64,000 bases of DNA. It comes from Chloroflexota bacterium (GTDB taxonomy: Bacteria; Chloroflexota; UBA11872; VXOZ01). The notes beneath the pieces were generated by a model. That model was not told the origin of the DNA. It ran no database searches and saw nothing but the letters and a program-made list of their open reading frames with translations. Shown piece after piece: positions 53,134 to 62,397 of the stretch. The number at the start of each line of letters is the position of its first letter. Within the stretch, counting starts at the first letter, position 1. A program made the translations under genes and the position numbers. The stretch spans positions 512,001 to 576,000 of the forward strand of contig OZ219801.1 of the NCBI GenBank assembly GCA_964291655.2, in the 5' to 3' direction.

Positions 53134-53868
53134 CTACGTGAGCTCAGGCTTCTGCAACACATAGATGATAAAATTCGGCACGCGGAATTCATCGGCGAAC
53201 CCGGGATTCGCGGCAAGCTGTTCGTCCGAAGGGGTTGGCTCCAGCAGGGACTGTAGCAAGAATCCCGCCTCCAAGAAGGCTGAGATGTAGCTGGAGAGCG
53301 TCCGGTGCATGTTGATGAACGGCGCGCCCCACCATTCGAATTCCCGAGGCCCTTCGGCGGTATAGTTGTCAATTGCATAAAAGAGCTTCCGGTCACCCTG
53401 TCTAATCCAGCCGTCGGGCTGCGCCATACGCATCGGGTGTACGTTACAAACAATGAAGCGGCCTCCAGGCCTCAAGACTCGAAACGCGGCCCGGACCGAC
53501 CGTGCATAGTCTTGCACGTCGACAAGCACAATGTATGAGACGGCGAGATCGAAACTCTCATCGTCTATACCGGCAAGGTCTTCGGCGTTTTCGATCGAAT
53601 AGGTTTCAGTGAGTCCCGCCGCCGCGCGCGCTTGCGCGATGAGGGGCTCGGTGAGGTCAATTCCGGTGACATTCGCGCCAAGTGCGGCCAGGACTCGGCA
53701 AAACCGCCCTTCGCCACAGCCGATGTCCAGCACGCGACGACTGGCGACATCTCCCAGCGCCTCAAGCATCCATGTGTCGAGCATGCCGGTGCGGACCGAC
53801 TGGTCCTGTTGCACCCAATCTTGCGCGTGCTTGGTCCACTGCGTACGCAGTTGCTGCTCTAGGTTCAT
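53134..53868 (-). CDS. class I SAM-dependent methyltransferase
   Basis: VLDIGCGEGRF, TGIDL, FDLAVS, RVLRPGGRF, HP, HRTLSSYI. Confidence 0.9.
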   Translation of the reverse strand: MNLEQQLRTQWTKHAQDWVQQDQSVRTGMLDTWMLEALGDVASRRVLDIGCGEGRFCRVLAALGANVTGIDLTEPLIAQARAAAGLTETYSIENAEDLAGIDDESFDLAVSYIVLVDVQDYARSVRAAFRVLRPGGRFIVCNVHPMRMAQPDGWIRQGDRKLFYAIDNYTAEGPREFEWWGAPFINMHRTLSSYISAFLEAGFLLQSLLEPTPSDEQLAANPGFADEFRVPNFIIYVLQKPELT

Positions 53869-53915
53869 ATACCAAACGCACCACTAAGAAGGGAACAAAT
53901 CTGTGCTGAGAATTA

Positions 53916-53990
53916 TGGCTCCGCGGCGAGGACTCGAACCTCGAACCAGACGGTTAACAGCCGCCTGCTCTACCATTGAGCTACCGCGGA
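53916..53990 (-). tRNA. tRNA-Asn(GTT)
   Basis: Reverse complement TCCGCGG TAGCTCAATGGTAGAGC AGGCGGCT GTT AACCGTC TGGTT CGAGGTTCGAGTCCTCG CCGCGGA G CCA; cloverleaf with encoded CCA. Confidence 0.97.
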
Positions 53991-54350
53991 AAGCGGACGA
54001 TTCCAGTGTACCAACGCGCGGCGCAGCCGGTCAACGACCGCGTCAAAATCCACTACGCGAGCGAGGTGGTAGTTTCCACCGTTCTTCAAGCACATTGGAC
54101 CCTGAAACCTTGTTTGAACACGTGTCAGGAAACTCTATCCGCCACCGCGGACACAGTGAACACAGACTTGCTGCCGGAGCGCCCTCGACTGGCGCATGTC
54201 GAATCAAAATGCAGTGGGCATAGTCTCGCCGGGGATGTTCGCGAGCAGGAAGTTTACCGAATTTTCATATTCGGCAGTCTCCCTTACAGTGATGCGGCGA
54301 CAAAGTCCAAATCTCCAGCGAGAATTTGAGTGCCTCCCGCGCCCAGCGAG

Positions 54351-55235
54351 CTACAAAGGCAACAAGCTATCAACCATAATGGCAAGGAACAATAGCGCAA
54401 GGTAAGCCAGCGAGTAAAGGTACATAGGCTTCGCCTTTACTATGTCCGGCTGGTTCCAAAGCTGCCAAGCGTAGTAAATGAAACCGGCGCCAAGCATGAC
54501 CGCGGCGATTAGATAGACAACACTCAACTCCCCTGTGGCGAAGAATGCAATGGCGAGGGCGACGACGAGGAGCGTATAGAGGAAGATTTGCTTCTTCGTC
54601 TTGTCAACACCGGCAACAACTGGCAGCATGGGGACCCCTGCACTCGCGTAGTCATCCTTGAGTAGGAGTGCTAACGCCCAGAAATGTGGCGGCGTCCAAA
54701 AGAAAATCAAGGCAAAGAGAAAGAACGCCGGCAGACCAAGATCTCCAGTGACCGCCGCCCAGCCCACCATCGGCGGGATCGAGCCGGCAGCGCCTCCGAT
54801 GACGATGTTCTGCGGCGTCGCGCGCTTTAGAAGTCCGGTGTAAACAAAAACATAAAAGATCGTCGCGCCCAGCGTCAGGAGCGCACTCAGGAGGTTGGCA
54901 AATGTGAATAAGAGTGCAAAGGCGGCAATATTGAGCGCCACACCAAAGAAAAGCGCGTGCTGAGGTTTGATCGCTCCCCTGGCAATGGGCCGATTTCTGG
55001 TGCGCGCCATCTGCTCATCGATGTCTCGATCCATGTAGTGGTTTAGCGCGTTGGCACCCCCAGAGCCGAGAGCACCGCCACTCAGTACAACCACAATTAG
55101 AATCCAGTGCGGTACGCCATTGCTCGCGAGAAACATGCCGCCCAAAGCAGTAACCAATAGCAATGAAATGATCCGTGGCTTGGTCAATGCCACGTAGTTG
55201 CGAATCTGGCTATAGAATTCAGTTGTTTGGGCCAC
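54351..55235 (-). CDS. cyoE: protoheme IX farnesyltransferase (heme o synthase)
   Basis: LTKPRIISL, N.YMDRDID..M.RT..RP, LKR.TPQNIVIGG.AG, FWTPPHFWAL, DY..AGVPMLP. Confidence 0.95.
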   Translation of the reverse strand: MAQTTEFYSQIRNYVALTKPRIISLLLVTALGGMFLASNGVPHWILIVVVLSGGALGSGGANALNHYMDRDIDEQMARTRNRPIARGAIKPQHALFFGVALNIAAFALLFTFANLLSALLTLGATIFYVFVYTGLLKRATPQNIVIGGAAGSIPPMVGWAAVTGDLGLPAFFLFALIFFWTPPHFWALALLLKDDYASAGVPMLPVVAGVDKTKKQIFLYTLLVVALAIAFFATGELSVVYLIAAVMLGAGFIYYAWQLWNQPDIVKAKPMYLYSLAYLALLFLAIMVDSLLPL

Positions 55236-55517
55236 TATGCAAGGGACCTGTCACTCCCTGAGACCTGTATTCGCACCACTCCGTAAACTCTGCAACAAGA
55301 CCCCCACCGCAGGTTAGCCTTGGCATCCTGCGCAATTATGTCGAGCAACACTTGCGCCAGCACCTTGTGACGCGGCACGCCCGAACCCTATTCCTGTCCG
55401 CCAAGCCCTCGCGTATCCGGGACTGAATTCACAGACCGATTTACTCATCAACCGTGGTGAAGCTCGCGAGCAGAACAAGCAGAAGCAACTGTAGCAGTTG
55501 CGGAAGGACGACAAAGT

Positions 55518-55535
55518 ATGTGCAAAGTTTCACAA
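55518..55535. promoter_or_regulatory. Rex/CRP-like palindromic operator upstream of cyoE
   Basis: ATGTGCA-AAGT-TTCACAA versus the Rex consensus TTGTGAA-N4-TTCACAA. Confidence 0.45.
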
Positions 55536-55675
55536 AGTCACAGTAGCATGTGCCGTTTTGTCGGTCAAATTGCAATGTGACAGACTAGACAGGTTGGAAT
55601 GGCATCAGACAGCATTCGAGGAACGAGCCGCGAACAGTGTGATCTTTGCGCTAGCCAGCTCTGAGATGAGGGCCA

Positions 55676-57097
55676 TCAGGCGTTGGCGAGCGCGGCGCGG
55701 GATTCTCTTAGACGTTCTCGAGCACGCTCTATCGCTGCTATGACTTGGACAGGCGCAGTACCCCCAGGAATGTCGCGGGCCGCAATTGATCCTTCCACCG
55801 AAATCACGTCAAACACTCCTGCGCTGATGCGATTGCAGACCTCTTGATATTCAGCAAGAGAAAGGTCGGCAAGCCCGCAGCCCCGCTCGAGGCAAAGACG
55901 TACGATGCTGCCTACTACCGCGTGCGCTTCGCGAAACGGCAGCCCCTTGCGAACAAGGTAGTCAGCGAGATCGGTGGCAGTTGAAAACCCACCCTCAGCG
56001 GCCTCTCCCATACGCGCGGCATCGACCCGGAGCGTCCCAAGTACGGCGTTCATGATGTCAAGACATGCCACCGTTGTATCCACACCATCAAAGAGCGCTT
56101 CTTTGTCTTCCTGCAAGTCCCGATTGTAGGTCAGCGGCAAGCCCTCTATGAGCGTGAGCAGAGAGAAGAGGTCGCCGAAAACGCGACCGGCCTTACCCCG
56201 CGTGAGTTCCGCGGAATCGGGGTTCTTCTTTTGAGGCATGATGCTGGAGCCTGTAGCGTAGGCGTCGTCAAGTTCGACGAAGCCGAATTCGGCTGACGAC
56301 CAGAGTATCACTTCAGAAGCAAGCCGAGAGAGGTGCACCATGATTTGGCTGCACACGTGCAGCACTTCGATTGCAAAGTCGCGGTCGCTCACGGCATCCA
56401 TGCTATTCGCGGCAATCGCCGCAAAGCCAAGCTCTCGCGCCACATACTCCCTGTCAAGCGGATAGGGTGCGCCTGCCAGCGCCGCCGCGCCCAGGGGCAA
56501 GACGTTCACGCGCGTCCGGCACTCCCGCGACCGTGCAAAATCACGGGATAACATCTCCACGTACGCCAGCAAATGGTGACCGAACGTGACAGGTTGTGCG
56601 CGCTGCAGATGGGTGTACCCAGGCATGGCGGTAGTAGCGTGCGCCGCGGCTTGGTCGAGCAGCGTTTCTTGGAACCGGCACAGTTGCTGACCGAGCGAGT
56701 CCAGCGCCCTCCGGCACCACAGGCGAACATCGGTCGCCACCTGATCGTTCCGGCTGCGTGCTGTGTGAAGCTTGCCTGCCGCAGCTCCCACCCGTTCCTC
56801 CAGGAGGTCTTCCACCGCTGAGTGCACGTCTTCCCAGCGCTCGGCATCCGGGGCGATTGCGCCGCTTTCAATGCCCTCCAGGATTGCCGTAAGGCCCATA
56901 CAAATCGCGTCAGCATCCTCGCGCGAGATGATCTCTTGCTTCACAAGCATGCGGCAATGCGCCAGGGAGCCGGCAATATCCTCGCCGTAGAGCCGCCAGT
57001 CCACCGGCAACGACGTCGAAAACGCCAGCATGTCACCGGCTATTGGTTTGGCAAAGCGCCCGCCCCACAGGGTGGACGGGTGTTCAGACTCTTCCAT
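55676..57097 (-). CDS. argH: argininosuccinate lyase
   Basis: LWGGRF, LHTARSRNDQ, MPGYTHLQRAQP, TGSSIMPQKKNPD, YNRDLQEDK. Confidence 0.98.
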   Translation of the reverse strand: MEESEHPSTLWGGRFAKPIAGDMLAFSTSLPVDWRLYGEDIAGSLAHCRMLVKQEIISREDADAICMGLTAILEGIESGAIAPDAERWEDVHSAVEDLLEERVGAAAGKLHTARSRNDQVATDVRLWCRRALDSLGQQLCRFQETLLDQAAAHATTAMPGYTHLQRAQPVTFGHHLLAYVEMLSRDFARSRECRTRVNVLPLGAAALAGAPYPLDREYVARELGFAAIAANSMDAVSDRDFAIEVLHVCSQIMVHLSRLASEVILWSSAEFGFVELDDAYATGSSIMPQKKNPDSAELTRGKAGRVFGDLFSLLTLIEGLPLTYNRDLQEDKEALFDGVDTTVACLDIMNAVLGTLRVDAARMGEAAEGGFSTATDLADYLVRKGLPFREAHAVVGSIVRLCLERGCGLADLSLAEYQEVCNRISAGVFDVISVEGSIAARDIPGGTAPVQVIAAIERARERLRESRAALANA

Positions 57098-57362
57098 GAA
57101 TACCTAATCCAAATTCCCTCAATCAGCCCCAATGGTCACCGGCTTTTCACCGCCTCCAAACGGGCGAGGCCCGAGTCTCAAGGAGTGTCCGTCACATGCA
57201 GCGTGAGAACTTGCCTCCTGCCGGCGACTGCGCGCACACGGATGGGAGGTCTGAGTTTCAGCGTGCAAGGGAGTAATGTAACGCCGAAATATACATTCTC
57301 ACTCAAGCCGGTCAAGATCTCTTCTCAATCTCGGCCTGCGCGTCAACTCTCCTGCCCTGCGC

Positions 57363-58196
57363 TTAGCCGACAACGCGATAGCCCAGTTCTTTCCGTCCAT
57401 CGACTCTACACCGGATGAGCGCTCCGCTCTCTACTTGCGCGCCAAGCAAGACTTCAGCCGGTCTACGATTCCAGCCAAAGAGTAGCGCAATCTCCCGCGC
57501 CGTGCTAAGCGGAGCATTGGCCACCGCCTGGCGTACAAGCTGGGCTTGTGCTTCTTCCTCTGACAGAGCGAGGGTCAAGTGCTCTGGAGGAATGTGTCGC
57601 TCGACCAAGTCCCAGTCGTGCATAGAGAAGCCCTCCACACTGCCGCCGGCGACAGTGATCAAGTATCGTTCCTGAAGCGAGCGCAACGCTGCCTGATACT
57701 GCCGTTTGCTCGCGCCAGAAAGCGATTGTACTTCCCGGCGAAGGTCGCGCGACCGAATTGGGCCCTGGACAGCGACCACCTGCAGCATGTGTCGCTCAAC
57801 CGGACCTAGCAGGCTACTCTCCAACACGACATCAACCGGTTCATGCAGTCCCCACAGCATACGGAATGCGGGGAACAACTGCCAAGCGATGAAGGCGGCC
57901 CGGTGGCGGAGATAGTGGCCGTAGGCGCAGCGCTTCGCTGCCGGCAGCGTGTTCTTCCAATGCCACACTTCCACAGAAAAGGTCTCGAGGCTACCCCTGG
58001 CGCGCAGCTCTGCATCGCTCACATTGGGCCATGGCAACCCGCCTGGAGAAAAGAGATGTACAAAACCCCGCTCCGCCACGTATGCCGCTGCATCGGCCTC
58101 ATTGAGCACTCCGCGACCGTCATCGAGAAAGTACTTCTGCCGGCGCTCTTCCTGAAGGGCCTCAGGCGAGACAGCGTCTCCAACGTCAACAGCCAT
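57363..58196 (-). CDS. AlkZ-related winged-helix protein
   Basis: A...V.ERGF..LF, W.WK..LP....YG, wHTH-like GP...RDLRR...L..LQ..YLI, A.LFGW. Confidence 0.55.
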   Translation of the reverse strand: MAVDVGDAVSPEALQEERRQKYFLDDGRGVLNEADAAAYVAERGFVHLFSPGGLPWPNVSDAELRARGSLETFSVEVWHWKNTLPAAKRCAYGHYLRHRAAFIAWQLFPAFRMLWGLHEPVDVVLESSLLGPVERHMLQVVAVQGPIRSRDLRREVQSLSGASKRQYQAALRSLQERYLITVAGGSVEGFSMHDWDLVERHIPPEHLTLALSEEEAQAQLVRQAVANAPLSTAREIALLFGWNRRPAEVLLGAQVESGALIRCRVDGRKELGYRVVG

Positions 58197-58282
58197 GCCA
58201 CTGTATGCTCACTCGCTCCCTATGCGGGTACGCCGGCAAAATGGTACGGGGGAGCCCTCCTCCAGGTAAAGTCTGCGCTCCG

Positions 58283-59548
58283 CTACTTGTCCTCCGCATC
58301 ACTCGACTCAAGCCGTTTGGTTTGAGGCAAGAGCGGCTTGTCCTCGCCGTGCAATTGCTGACGCGCTTGCACCTGGGTGCTCAGCCCCCAGATCTTTACA
58401 AAGCCTTCTGCGGCGCGGTGGTCGAAAGCATCGCCGCTCAAGTAGGTAGCCAGGTCTTCACGGTAAAGCGAATGCGGCGATTGCCGTCCGACAACGGTAG
58501 CTTGACCGCGGTAGAGCTTCACTCGCACCGTGCCGCTCACCGAGCGTTGGGTGCTGTCTACAAACGCCATCAGATCACGGTTGAGCGTAGAAAACCAGAG
58601 ACCGCCGTAAACAAGGCGTGAAATCTCTTCCGCCACCACGCGCTTGAAGTGCGACTGGTCGCTGGCGAGCGTCAGTTGCTCCAGAGCCTCATGGGCCTTG
58701 AAGAGGATCGTACCCGCCGGACATTCATAGATCTCGCGGGACTTGATGCCAACCACGCGGTTCTCCACGTGGTCCACGCGCCCCACGCCGTGGGCGCCGC
58801 CCAAGTCGTTGAGTTCTTGGATGAGATCGACGCCGTTCTTTTCCTGTCCGTTGATGGCTACGGGTATGCCTTCTTCGAAGACAATCTCGACGTAGGCGGG
58901 CGTATCTGGCGCGTCCTCCGGTGCGACGGTCCACTCGTACGCATCCTCCGGCGGCTCCACCCACGGGTCTTCTAATGGGCCGGATTCGACGCTGCGCCCC
59001 CACAGATTCTGGTCAAGGCTATACGGCTGACGCGATCCTTCAGGCACCGGAATGTCATGTTCCTTGGCGTACGCCTCCTCTTGGTCACGGGTCAGACCCC
59101 ACTCGCGCACCGGCGCAATTACCTGTAGCTCAGGCGCTAGCGCATGCACAGAGACGTCGAAACGCACTTGATCGTTACCCTTGCCGGTGGAGCCATGCGC
59201 CACCGCTTCGGCATCTTCCTCGCGGGCAACATCCACGAGGAGCTTCGCAATGAGCGGACGACCCAATGCCGTCGCCAAGTAATAGGCATTCTCGTACACA
59301 GCGCCGGCCTTGAGCGCCGGCCAGATGAAGTGATCGATAAAGATGTCACGCGCGTCCACCACATGAGCGTTGCGCGCGCCGGTCTTAAGCGCTTTGTCGC
59401 GAATCGCAGGCAGGTCCGGCTCGTGCCCAAGATCGATGGTAAGCGTGACCACGTCCATGTCGTAATGCTCTTGCAGCCAGCGTATGCACACGCTGGTGTC
59501 CAGGCCACCGGAATAGGCCAGGACTACGCGCCCTCGGCGAGTAGCCAT
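58283..59548 (-). CDS. argG: argininosuccinate synthase
   Basis: VVLAYSGGLDTS, AHGSTGKGNDQVRF, YSLDQNLWGRS, ENRVVGIKSREIYE. Confidence 0.98.
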   Translation of the reverse strand: MATRRGRVVLAYSGGLDTSVCIRWLQEHYDMDVVTLTIDLGHEPDLPAIRDKALKTGARNAHVVDARDIFIDHFIWPALKAGAVYENAYYLATALGRPLIAKLLVDVAREEDAEAVAHGSTGKGNDQVRFDVSVHALAPELQVIAPVREWGLTRDQEEAYAKEHDIPVPEGSRQPYSLDQNLWGRSVESGPLEDPWVEPPEDAYEWTVAPEDAPDTPAYVEIVFEEGIPVAINGQEKNGVDLIQELNDLGGAHGVGRVDHVENRVVGIKSREIYECPAGTILFKAHEALEQLTLASDQSHFKRVVAEEISRLVYGGLWFSTLNRDLMAFVDSTQRSVSGTVRVKLYRGQATVVGRQSPHSLYREDLATYLSGDAFDHRAAEGFVKIWGLSTQVQARQQLHGEDKPLLPQTKRLESSDAEDK

Positions 59549-59665
59549 TATGATGTTCTCCTCTTCACCAAGATTGGTTCATCTCCTAATCATTCGTATC
59601 GGCAAATGCCAATGCCACCCTTACTCTCATTCTGTCTATTGGATGGCAACTGAAAAGGAACCCAT

Positions 59666-59977
59666 CTAGCGGGGCAATAATTCTAGTGCGGCCAAGACAC
59701 CGATTACAACAATCGCAACCGCGTACAGGTGGAGCCGCAGCCGCAACTCCTGTTCACGCAGATCTGCTTTGGTCGCGCGCTCGTTCACGGCATTCTCCAG
59801 CGCCTTTAGGTCGGAGCGCATTGCATCAATGTCCGCTTTCACGACCGATATATCTGCTTTGGTAGCAAGCGCGTTGTGAGATTCGCCCATCGCGTCGATC
59901 ATGGCTTCGGCTTTCGTTTCGCTAAAGCCTGCGCCGATGAGCGTCTTTATTGCCTTGTGGGTGTCGAGCATTGCCAT
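59666..59977 (-). CDS. DUF1640/CCDC90-like coiled-coil membrane-anchored protein
   Basis: DTHKAIKTL..AGF.E.KAEA, repeated ATKAD, C-terminal TM. Confidence 0.75.
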   Translation of the reverse strand: MAMLDTHKAIKTLIGAGFSETKAEAMIDAMGESHNALATKADISVVKADIDAMRSDLKALENAVNERATKADLREQELRLRLHLYAVAIVVIGVLAALELLPR

Positions 59978-60040
59978 CTGTCTTGTTCTCTCTGCCACTT
60001 ACACGGGTCTGCTAACCCGAATCGCTCGTTACCGGAGTCG

Positions 60041-61228
60041 CTAAAGGATCCCCTGCAGCGTCTTCTCAATTCGCGTCAGACCCTCATCGGCTTCCGCATC
60101 GGTCAGGGTGAGAGCTGGAGCCATACGGATGCTGGGCGGCGCCACGCGATTCACAATGAGACCGCACTCCAAGGCGTGTGCCAAGAACTTCTCCGCCCGT
60201 TCTTCACCTAAGTCGAATGCCAGGAGCAAGCCCTTGCCGCGTATGTCCGTGATAGCGTTGCCGTTTCGGGCGCTGATTTCAGCAAGTCCGGCCTTGATGC
60301 GTCCTTCCTGGCGGGCGGCATTCTGCCACAATTCATTCTCGATGACATGCCGCACCACGGCCGCAGCGCCAGCGCAGATGAACGGATTGCCGCCAAACGT
60401 GGAACCGTGATCGCCAGGTACAAAGACCGCGGCCCGCTCGTTGACCATACACGCTCCAATAGGCAATCCACCGCCGAGCGCCTTCGCCAGCGCCATCACG
60501 TCCGGCTGAATGCCATAGTGCTCGTAAGCGAACATTCGTCCCGTGCGGCCGATGCCGGTCTGCACTTCGTCCAACGCCAACAACAGGTCGTTTTCGTCAC
60601 AGAGATTGCTTAGCCCTTGCACGTAATCCTGGCCGGCCTCGTAGACGCCGCCCTCGCCCTGAATAAGCTCCACCAAGATGCCGGCCGTCTTCGGTCCCAC
60701 CGCCGCTTGTGCCGCCGCAAGGTCGTTGAAGGGCACCCGCACGAAACCCGCCGGCATGGGGACGAAGTCTTCCTGGTAGTGCGGATTCGCTGTGGCGGCC
60801 ACGGCAGCGATTGTGCGCCCGTGAAAGGCGTTGCTCATAACGATAATTTCATGCGCCCCGTCACGGTTCAACTTGCCGTATTTTCTAACGATCTTGATAG
60901 TCGTCTCAAGCGCCTCCGAGCCGCTATTCACAAAGAAGACCCGATCCAGCGCGGAGTTTTCTACCAGTAGCTCTGCCAATTCATACTGCCGCGGCACATG
61001 AAAGAGCGAGGACGTATGGAGCAGAGTTGTAGCTTGCTGGGCAATTGCTTTCACCTGTACCGGATGCGCATGTCCCAGTGCATTTACAGCAATGCCTTGC
61101 AAGAAGTCCAGGTAACGCCTGCCGCGGTCATCCCACACCCAAGAGCCATCGCCGGATACCAACGTAACCGGTAGGCGGTTGAATGTGTTCATGTAATACT
61201 GCTTCTCTTTGGCAGGCCAGTCGGTCAT
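60041..61228 (-). CDS. argD: acetylornithine aminotransferase
   Basis: YLDFLQGIAVNALGH, FFVNSGSEA, FHGRT, IQGEGG, DEVQTG.GRTG, LAKALGGG, HGSTFGGNP. Confidence 0.93.
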   Translation of the reverse strand: MTDWPAKEKQYYMNTFNRLPVTLVSGDGSWVWDDRGRRYLDFLQGIAVNALGHAHPVQVKAIAQQATTLLHTSSLFHVPRQYELAELLVENSALDRVFFVNSGSEALETTIKIVRKYGKLNRDGAHEIIVMSNAFHGRTIAAVAATANPHYQEDFVPMPAGFVRVPFNDLAAAQAAVGPKTAGILVELIQGEGGVYEAGQDYVQGLSNLCDENDLLLALDEVQTGIGRTGRMFAYEHYGIQPDVMALAKALGGGLPIGACMVNERAAVFVPGDHGSTFGGNPFICAGAAAVVRHVIENELWQNAARQEGRIKAGLAEISARNGNAITDIRGKGLLLAFDLGEERAEKFLAHALECGLIVNRVAPPSIRMAPALTLTDAEADEGLTRIEKTLQGIL

Positions 61229-61437
61229 GCCGCTCTCTTCCTTCCCACAAAGTTGTGAAAGTCGTCACTTGCCTAGTATAGCGCAGCCCTGGATGGTTTT
61301 GAACCACATGGCCTCGTCCGCAACCGAAGATACGTCATCCCAATGATGCGATTACACATGGACAGGGAGCGCGAAAATCGCTAAACTAGCCCGCAGCAGC
61401 AACTTTCCCCTAACTACGGCAAGGAGTTTCTACTCAT

Positions 61438-62298
61438 ATGAAGTTCATCATGTTCACCAAGCATCTTGAGCATCTCAGCTACGAGGAACTGGCGGATACG
61501 ATTGCCGGCATCGGCTTGGACGGCGTCGATCTGACCGTGCGCAGCCCCGGCCATGTGCTGCCCGAAAACGTCAAGACGGATCTTCCCAAAGCCGTCAAAG
61601 CCATACGAGATCGGGGCTTGGAAGTCGGCTGGATTACGACGAACATCTACAGCGCCGATGCGCCCCACGCCGAGGACATCCTGGCATCTGCCAGCGATCT
61701 GGGCATATCGCAGTTCAAGCTCGGCTATCACAAGTACGACGGCTTTGGTAATATCAAGCGCCAGCTTGCCGAGGTGCGAGTTGCCGTCCAAAGCATCGAA
61801 CGCCTCTGCCACAAGTACGACATGTGCGGCGGCATGCACGTCCACTCCGGTCCAAACTTGGCTGCAATGGCTCCCATCATCGGACTGCAAATCGAGGGCT
61901 TCGACCCACAGGCAATCGGTCTCTACGCCGACCTGGGCCATATGGGTATTGAAGGCAGCTTCGGCGGCTGGATTCAAGGCCTTGACCTGCTCTCCGACCG
62001 ACTGGTGATGCTCGCGATGAAGAATATGGGACAGTTCTGGGAAGAAGACGCTAAGACTGGCGAGTACAAATGGAACCGGAAGCTCGTACCCCTCGATCGC
62101 GGCTTCACGCCGTACACCGAAGCATTCGGCTACCTCAAGCAGATTGGCTACGACGGCTACGCCTCCTTCCATAGCGAATACCAAGGCGCCGCCTCGTGGA
62201 AGAGCCTGGACCACGACGAACTCATCGAACAGACCAAAGCGGACTTTGCTTATGTCAAGAGCATATGTGCGGAACTGGGAATCCCACACGGCGTATAG
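61438..62298 (+). CDS. sugar phosphate isomerase/epimerase (xylose-isomerase-like TIM barrel)
   Basis: FTKHL, G.DGVDLTVR..GHV.PE, H.HSG, D.GH, SFHSEY. Confidence 0.85.
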   Translation: MKFIMFTKHLEHLSYEELADTIAGIGLDGVDLTVRSPGHVLPENVKTDLPKAVKAIRDRGLEVGWITTNIYSADAPHAEDILASASDLGISQFKLGYHKYDGFGNIKRQLAEVRVAVQSIERLCHKYDMCGGMHVHSGPNLAAMAPIIGLQIEGFDPQAIGLYADLGHMGIEGSFGGWIQGLDLLSDRLVMLAMKNMGQFWEEDAKTGEYKWNRKLVPLDRGFTPYTEAFGYLKQIGYDGYASFHSEYQGAASWKSLDHDELIEQTKADFAYVKSICAELGIPHGV

Positions 62299-62397
62299 CC
62301 GGATTGCAGCGTGACGCTTGCTCACGAGACTGATTGCAAACGTAGCATAGGGGACTGTACGGCAAGAAATCGTCCGTAACTTAAGCGAGGGAAGACC

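Noticed and set aside
45486-53990. Integrative element at tRNA-Asn
   Set aside because: No integrase and no duplicated tRNA 3' end found by eye.
61414-62325. 303-aa minus-strand ORF
   Set aside because: Antisense shadow of the epimerase gene. The same applies to 11761-12669, 38883-39644 and many other overlapping ORFs.
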